Source: an uncultured virus (IMG/VR IMGVR_UViG_3300027734_000054)
Lineage: Duplodnaviria; Heunggongvirae; Uroviricota; Caudoviricetes
Virus record (IMG/VR): IMGVR_UViG_3300027734_000054
Length of the DNA stretch: 20,000 nt
Direction: 5' to 3' (one strand)
In this document: one piece after another, positions 15,733 through 20,000 of the stretch
How the letters are laid out: each line of letters begins with the position of its first letter
Position numbering within the stretch: position 1 is the first letter of the stretch
Position numbers and translations under genes: made by a program
Notes under the pieces: model-generated
The model's input: only the letters and a program-made list of their open reading frames with translations
Database searches by the model: none
What the model was told of the DNA's origin: nothing

Positions 15733-15945
15733 ATGATAATGGAATCAAAAAGAAATTCCTTCAAGATGGAAGGAATTGACGTAAGAGACGAGAGAGAATT
15801 CAAACTCTGGGTTAAATTTATCGCATCAGTTCATAAAGATGGTGGAGATATAAATAAGCCTGTGGACATCTTATGGAAAAGCGTACAATCTGAAATTCAA
15901 TTAACAGAAAGGAAGCTAAAAAAATATAAATTCTCTCTTATTTAA
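15733..15945 (+). CDS. Hypothetical protein
   Basis: 70-aa ORF. Confidence 0.6.
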   Translation: MIMESKRNSFKMEGIDVRDEREFKLWVKFIASVHKDGGDINKPVDILWKSVQSEIQLTERKLKKYKFSLI

Positions 15946-16501
15946 AGGGAGAATTTATTTCTCTATTAACTATTCTAATATTTTTGTTGATAATTCCCTT
16001 GTCAATATCTATACGAGTTCCTGTATCGAATTTTATAGAATTAAAAAAGTTCTTATGAATCAATAATGACGATATATTGGTTTTTCCTAGAATCAAGCTT
16101 TTGCGTGGGAAAAGTATTTCTTTAATACTTCTTTTTTTAGGAAAAGGAAAAATGTAGATATTTTCTTCGGATAGAATATTGTTTAAACTATCCAATATAA
16201 AATCATTAGATTTAAAATTTGTTCCTGGTAATACAGAAAGAACGTAAAGACTATTTATATTATTAATAGTTTCCCAAATTTTACTAGGATCGTATTTTAT
16301 AGATTCTATTTTTAAAGTTCTAATATATTCAGATGATGCTTGTGCTGCATATTGATAGGATCCATCTTTAGAACCTAGATCTAAAACTAATACCCTTGTG
16401 GAATTTATTTTTGTTTGGGTAACTATATTCTCTATAGTTGATTTTAGCTCGTGTACCGAGTCTTTACACGGTATTACTATCGTTAATAAGGTAGATATCA
16501 A
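15938..16501 (-). CDS. Glycosyltransferase family 2-like protein (degenerate)
   Basis: N-terminal LTIVIPCKD...VLDLGSKDGS; no DxD visible. Confidence 0.65.
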   Translation of the reverse strand: MISTLLTIVIPCKDSVHELKSTIENIVTQTKINSTRVLVLDLGSKDGSYQYAAQASSEYIRTLKIESIKYDPSKIWETINNINSLYVLSVLPGTNFKSNDFILDSLNNILSEENIYIFPFPKKRSIKEILFPRKSLILGKTNISSLLIHKNFFNSIKFDTGTRIDIDKGIINKNIRIVNREINSPFK

Positions 16502-16507
16502 AATAAG

Positions 16508-16828
16508 TTATTTAAAAAAAATTTGGTGAATCATTAAAGCTACTGACCAAACAAATATAACTCTAAATAATCTGTTTATACTCGGTCCTGATATTTCTTT
16601 TATGAAATCCTTATTTGTAGTATTCTCGTCTCTCATCTTAATTCTATTTCTAGTCATCATGTAAATGAAGCTTAATCCAAGAATTTGATAATATTGGAAA
16701 TTAATGAAGTAAGGGATCTCGTATATGGAGATAATACAATAGATCATTAAAGCTTCTAAAAATGCTAATGGTAAAGCTATAAGGAGAGCTAAAAGTATTG
16801 CTGATGATATTCTTTTTATTAGTTCCAT
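16508..16828 (-). CDS. Hypothetical membrane protein
   Basis: 106 aa with about three hydrophobic segments. Confidence 0.7.
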   Translation of the reverse strand: MELIKRISSAILLALLIALPLAFLEALMIYCIISIYEIPYFINFQYYQILGLSFIYMMTRNRIKMRDENTTNKDFIKEISGPSINRLFRVIFVWSVALMIHQIFFK

Positions 16829-16840
16829 TGTAGTATATAT

Positions 16841-17254
16841 TTAAACAGTGTGAGGAATCTGTACTCTTATACAATTCTGAGGAAGTCTCTTATTCTTTAG
16901 ATAATTATTAATGTATCCCATCATATTGGCAGATCCTACTGGATTTGCACTATGTACTGTTATTGTTGGTAAATCTATCTCCTCGTCTATACTCTTATTA
17001 ACTATCCATTTTGTGCAATCATATCCGGTTTTTTCATGAATATTATTGTAATCGATAATATAGTTTTTAGAAGTATTCTTAAAATACTCCCTTATTGCAG
17101 TTTGCCCTAAATCGTGATCTAAAGAAATCAATTCTATATTTTCGAGACCTGTGTCGCTAACCTTTTGTACAAATTCTTCGTAATTCCTACATATAATCCA
17201 ATCTGTCTCCAGAGGGGTTCTTATATCATCTAAATATATTCTTACTTTTTCCAT
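16841..17254 (-). CDS. Cyclic-phosphate-processing receiver-like domain protein
   Basis: YLDDIR...ISLDHDLG...TGYD...VHSANPVG signature. Confidence 0.8.
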   Translation of the reverse strand: MEKVRIYLDDIRTPLETDWIICRNYEEFVQKVSDTGLENIELISLDHDLGQTAIREYFKNTSKNYIIDYNNIHEKTGYDCTKWIVNKSIDEEIDLPTITVHSANPVGSANMMGYINNYLKNKRLPQNCIRVQIPHTV

Positions 17255-17257
17255 ATT

Positions 17258-17677
17258 CTACTTATTATCGTCAATAACCTGCGATTCGATCATTATATTT
17301 ATTCTGTTCCTACCTTTTTCTCCAATAGGAATAGGATTTCCTTCCTCGTCTATATGTACGAATTTAATATGTGTTTTTAAAACTAGAACCTGTTTTCCCG
17401 TGTATACATTATGTGCTCTTGCTTCCATATAAAGGGTTACTGATGAATTACCGACACTGGTGGGAAACCCATATATTTTAAGGAGCTGACTTTCTTTTGC
17501 AGGTTTCTCGAAGTTACATTTGTCTATTGATACTGTTACCATTCTAGGGGTATCGCACATCTGCATAGAATAACCTGCTGCTGCTGCATCTATCCACGCC
17601 AAGAGTTTACCACCAAAAAGATTACCATGAAAACCGAGATCAGATTTTTTAATCGGGTGTGTGTTTAATAATTCCAC
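17258..17677 (-). CDS. Acyl-CoA thioesterase (hotdog fold, YciA-like)
   Basis: DLGFHGNLFGGKLLAWIDAAA...VGNSSV...FVHIDEEGNP. Confidence 0.9.
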   Translation of the reverse strand: MELLNTHPIKKSDLGFHGNLFGGKLLAWIDAAAAGYSMQMCDTPRMVTVSIDKCNFEKPAKESQLLKIYGFPTSVGNSSVTLYMEARAHNVYTGKQVLVLKTHIKFVHIDEEGNPIPIGEKGRNRINIMIESQVIDDNK

Positions 17678-17678
17678 T

Positions 17679-18086
17679 TTATTCTATTTTATTTAATTTC
17701 CAGCATATCTCAGTAAGTAGAGAGTTTTTATTTTCTTGTTCTTTTAGTAAATTTTCTAGAAGATCTTTTTTGTGCTCTTCGCAGCATTTAAGTGCTTCTT
17801 CCTTATTCTCTTCCTTACAATGGTATCCTATAAGATCGTAATGATTTAAGTAAGCTAGCCTTACAAATTCATTATAATCCTTATCATCTATTTTACCTTT
17901 TAGTGCCACTATTCTACAAAGACAAGAATCCAAAGAAAACTTTCTTCCATCGTAGAAAAGCCAATAATAATCCATGTCGTCTTCTACAACTCCGACAATT
18001 CTTTTAACCTTCCAATCACCTGCTACGACAAACTGGCCTTTGAGTGATTCGAATTCTTCAATTACTAATTTTTTATTATCCTGCAT
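17679..18086 (-). CDS. Hypothetical protein
   Basis: 135-aa ORF in a tightly packed operon. Confidence 0.7.
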   Translation of the reverse strand: MQDNKKLVIEEFESLKGQFVVAGDWKVKRIVGVVEDDMDYYWLFYDGRKFSLDSCLCRIVALKGKIDDKDYNEFVRLAYLNHYDLIGYHCKEENKEEALKCCEEHKKDLLENLLKEQENKNSLLTEICWKLNKIE

Positions 18087-18384
18087 TCTTGATTTTAAAT
18101 TCTATTTTTTCTTCAAACTTGTCTGATCCGACTATAACTTTATCTCCCGTAGATTCGACAACTTTAAGATCCCCAACATATCTAGAGTTAGTTTCGTTTA
18201 GATATTTAGTATCAACTGAAACGTAATTTGCGTATCCGTTTCTGCCTAAAAATGCTATTGCATTAGATGCAGATAGTATTCTGGCTACCAATTTTCTATT
18301 TATTGCTAGGGGATCATTGATATCAGTAAGATCTAGCTCATTGGAAAATCCTATCGATTTTAGTTTTTCTTCTGCGATAAACAT
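18076..18384 (-). CDS. Hypothetical protein
   Basis: 102-aa ORF in a tightly packed operon. Confidence 0.7.
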   Translation of the reverse strand: MFIAEEKLKSIGFSNELDLTDINDPLAINRKLVARILSASNAIAFLGRNGYANYVSVDTKYLNETNSRYVGDLKVVESTGDKVIVGSDKFEEKIEFKIKNAG

Positions 18385-18387
18385 ATT

Positions 18388-19500
18388 CTAGTTGCTTAAA
18401 GGTGCTTTAATTGCTGGGTGTGATTGATAATTACTTAACTGAATATCTTCTTCTATTAAACATCTGCAGAAGTTATCATCTTTAAATCCTTTAAATACTG
18501 CTACTGCATCTAATATGCCTTCTCCGCCTTCTCCGCCTTCGGTTGGCCAAAACTCCGTGTTAATATTCAATTGAGATAATGGCATTGGTTCTCGTGTCAA
18601 TTGCTCTTTTGCTTGATCGATGTGATTGGAATATAAATGTGTGTCACCTAAGTTACCAATCAATTCATCAGGAACCATATTTGTCGCTTTTGCAATTATT
18701 TCTAATAACAAAGCGTAAGATGCGATATTGAAAGGTAAACCTAAAAAGGTATCAACACTTCTTTGATTCCACATTAAAGAGATTGCTCGTTTAGGGTAAC
18801 CATTATCATCTAACCATTTAGAGTATGGATAATCTCTATCTAAACTATCATTATGACCAAATAAATCACATCTTTCTTTATGACTCAACTCTCTTGTATA
18901 AACTTGAAATCCATAATGACAAGGTGGAAGAACCATTTTGTCTAATTCTCCTACATTCCAAGCATTAACCATTAATCGTCTTGAGTCTGGATTTGTTTTA
19001 AGGTCGTTGATTAGGTTTGCGATTTGGTCTATCGGATTATACTTATAATAAGTAACCCCATCTATGTGTTCTCTTGAAGTTCCCCACGATCTCCACTGGT
19101 GACCGTAAACCGGACCTAGATCACCCCATTTCTTAGCAAATTTTTCGTCGGATTTAATCATTTCAACGAAAGCTTCTTCTTTCGTTACGAATGGACCCCA
19201 ATCAATTTCTCCTTTGTTCTTCTCATAGTTTTTCATTGCATCTCCATTCCAAATATGACAATTGTTATCAACAAGGTATTTGATGTTAGTATCACCACGT
19301 AAAAACCACAGAAGCTCGGTTGTTATTGTTTTGAATGGCATCTTCTTGGTTGTCAATAAAGGAAAACCTTCACTCATTTTATGCCTGATCTGTCTACCAA
19401 ATACTGAAATAGTACCGGTTCCTGTACGATCTTCTTTTTTCACTCCATTATCTAATATGTCCTGAAGTAATAATAGGTATTGTTTGTCTAGGCTGTTCAT
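18388..19500 (-). CDS. thyA: Thymidylate synthase
   Basis: DRTGTGT, FPLLTTKK, LGPVYGHQWR, PDSRR, LPPCH, QRSVDTFLGLPFNIASY, HLYSNH. Confidence 0.97.
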   Translation of the reverse strand: MNSLDKQYLLLLQDILDNGVKKEDRTGTGTISVFGRQIRHKMSEGFPLLTTKKMPFKTITTELLWFLRGDTNIKYLVDNNCHIWNGDAMKNYEKNKGEIDWGPFVTKEEAFVEMIKSDEKFAKKWGDLGPVYGHQWRSWGTSREHIDGVTYYKYNPIDQIANLINDLKTNPDSRRLMVNAWNVGELDKMVLPPCHYGFQVYTRELSHKERCDLFGHNDSLDRDYPYSKWLDDNGYPKRAISLMWNQRSVDTFLGLPFNIASYALLLEIIAKATNMVPDELIGNLGDTHLYSNHIDQAKEQLTREPMPLSQLNINTEFWPTEGGEGGEGILDAVAVFKGFKDDNFCRCLIEEDIQLSNYQSHPAIKAPLSN

Positions 19501-19510
19501 CTATTTTTTA

Positions 19511-19720
19511 TTAGTGTGTTCCGTTAGCTATCGATATTCCGTGATTTATTCCTGATATTAAATCATCTTTCTCCCATCCGAATGAATTATCAGAAATGTA
19601 TTTTCCTAGAATTATTCCTATTTCATTTCCTATGTCAGATACGTCTCCGTTATCGTAGGGTAGAGCTGATAATCTTTCAGATATTTCAAGAGATGCTTTT
19701 TTGAATTCGTTTATTTCCAT
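19511..19720 (-). CDS. Hypothetical protein
   Basis: Likely start MEINEFKK at 19720, overlapping the upstream stop. Confidence 0.65.
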   Translation of the reverse strand: MEINEFKKASLEISERLSALPYDNGDVSDIGNEIGIILGKYISDNSFGWEKDDLISGINHGISIANGTH

Positions 19721-20000
19721 ACAAGCTGTATTATTAATATTGCTGCAGATAACATGAGACACACTAATGTTTTAGTTGTTATTGGTTCATTAAATACAGA
19801 CCAGCTAAGCGCAGAAAAAACAATTGCTCCTATACTAAATCCTATTAAGCGTGAAGGCCACATTTGACCGTCAAAAGCCATTACCATATTTTTAACCGAA
19901 TACATAAATAACATAGAAATAGGAATACCCATTAGTACATTTATCCAGTAATATTTTTTAAGCAAGTCGTATTTTAAGGGACCTTGTAATTGGAAAAAAA
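19711..20000 (-). CDS. Small membrane protein, partial (5' end outside the window), weakly DMT/SMR-like
   Basis: Frame stays open to the window edge (FFQLQGPLKYDLLKKYYW...); three hydrophobic helices; FNEPIT motif. Confidence 0.6.
   Translation of the reverse strand, partial: FFQLQGPLKYDLLKKYYWINVLMGIPISMLFMYSVKNMVMAFDGQMWPSRLIGFSIGAIVFSALSWSVFNEPITTKTLVCLMLSAAILIIQLVWK

Noticed and set aside
4375..19465. Antisense or nested small ORFs (4375..4605, 5125..5325, 5751..6005, 12864..13079, 14035..14229, 17659..17841, 18044..18226, 19262..19465)
   Set aside because: They overlap better-supported genes and have no motifs of their own.
17258..19500. Stop-codon reassignment
   Set aside because: thyA and the thioesterase end in TAG with the next gene starting a few nt later; thioredoxin ends in TGA; long genes are uninterrupted; no suppressor tRNA is seen.
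18388..19500. Intron or intein in the long thyA
   Set aside because: The frame is continuous; the extra length is spread over several short loop insertions with no splicing motifs.

Overview
AT-rich, gene-dense, mostly minus-strand segment of a large tailed phage. The host is probably Bacteroidota, inferred from TAnnTTTG-type promoters and A-rich leaders without Shine-Dalgarno sequences. The window holds small proteins with a shared T4 CTS-like N-terminus, a PA14-domain protein, six tRNAs (Ser-UGA, Arg-UCU, Pro-UGG, Ile-UAU, Ile2-CAU, Leu-UAA) plus a tRNA-like RNA, a Ro60/TROVE gene, thioredoxin, a 1367-aa (GSS/GTS)n fibre-like protein, a flavodoxin-like protein, a metallophosphoesterase, a GT2-like protein, a cyclic-phosphate-processing receiver protein, an acyl-CoA thioesterase and thyA. 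Two findings stand out. (1) The tRNA operon is preceded by an unannotated 19-codon leader ORF with alternative antiterminator and terminator hairpins. The leader's codons match the anticodons of the downstream tRNAs, suggesting a ribosome-mediated attenuator that senses depletion of exactly those tRNAs. (2) Three related stem-loop RNAs with a conserved YGAAGCGG motif lie in tandem directly upstream of Ro60 and are candidate phage Y RNAs. All calls are by eye; no searches or folding programs were run.
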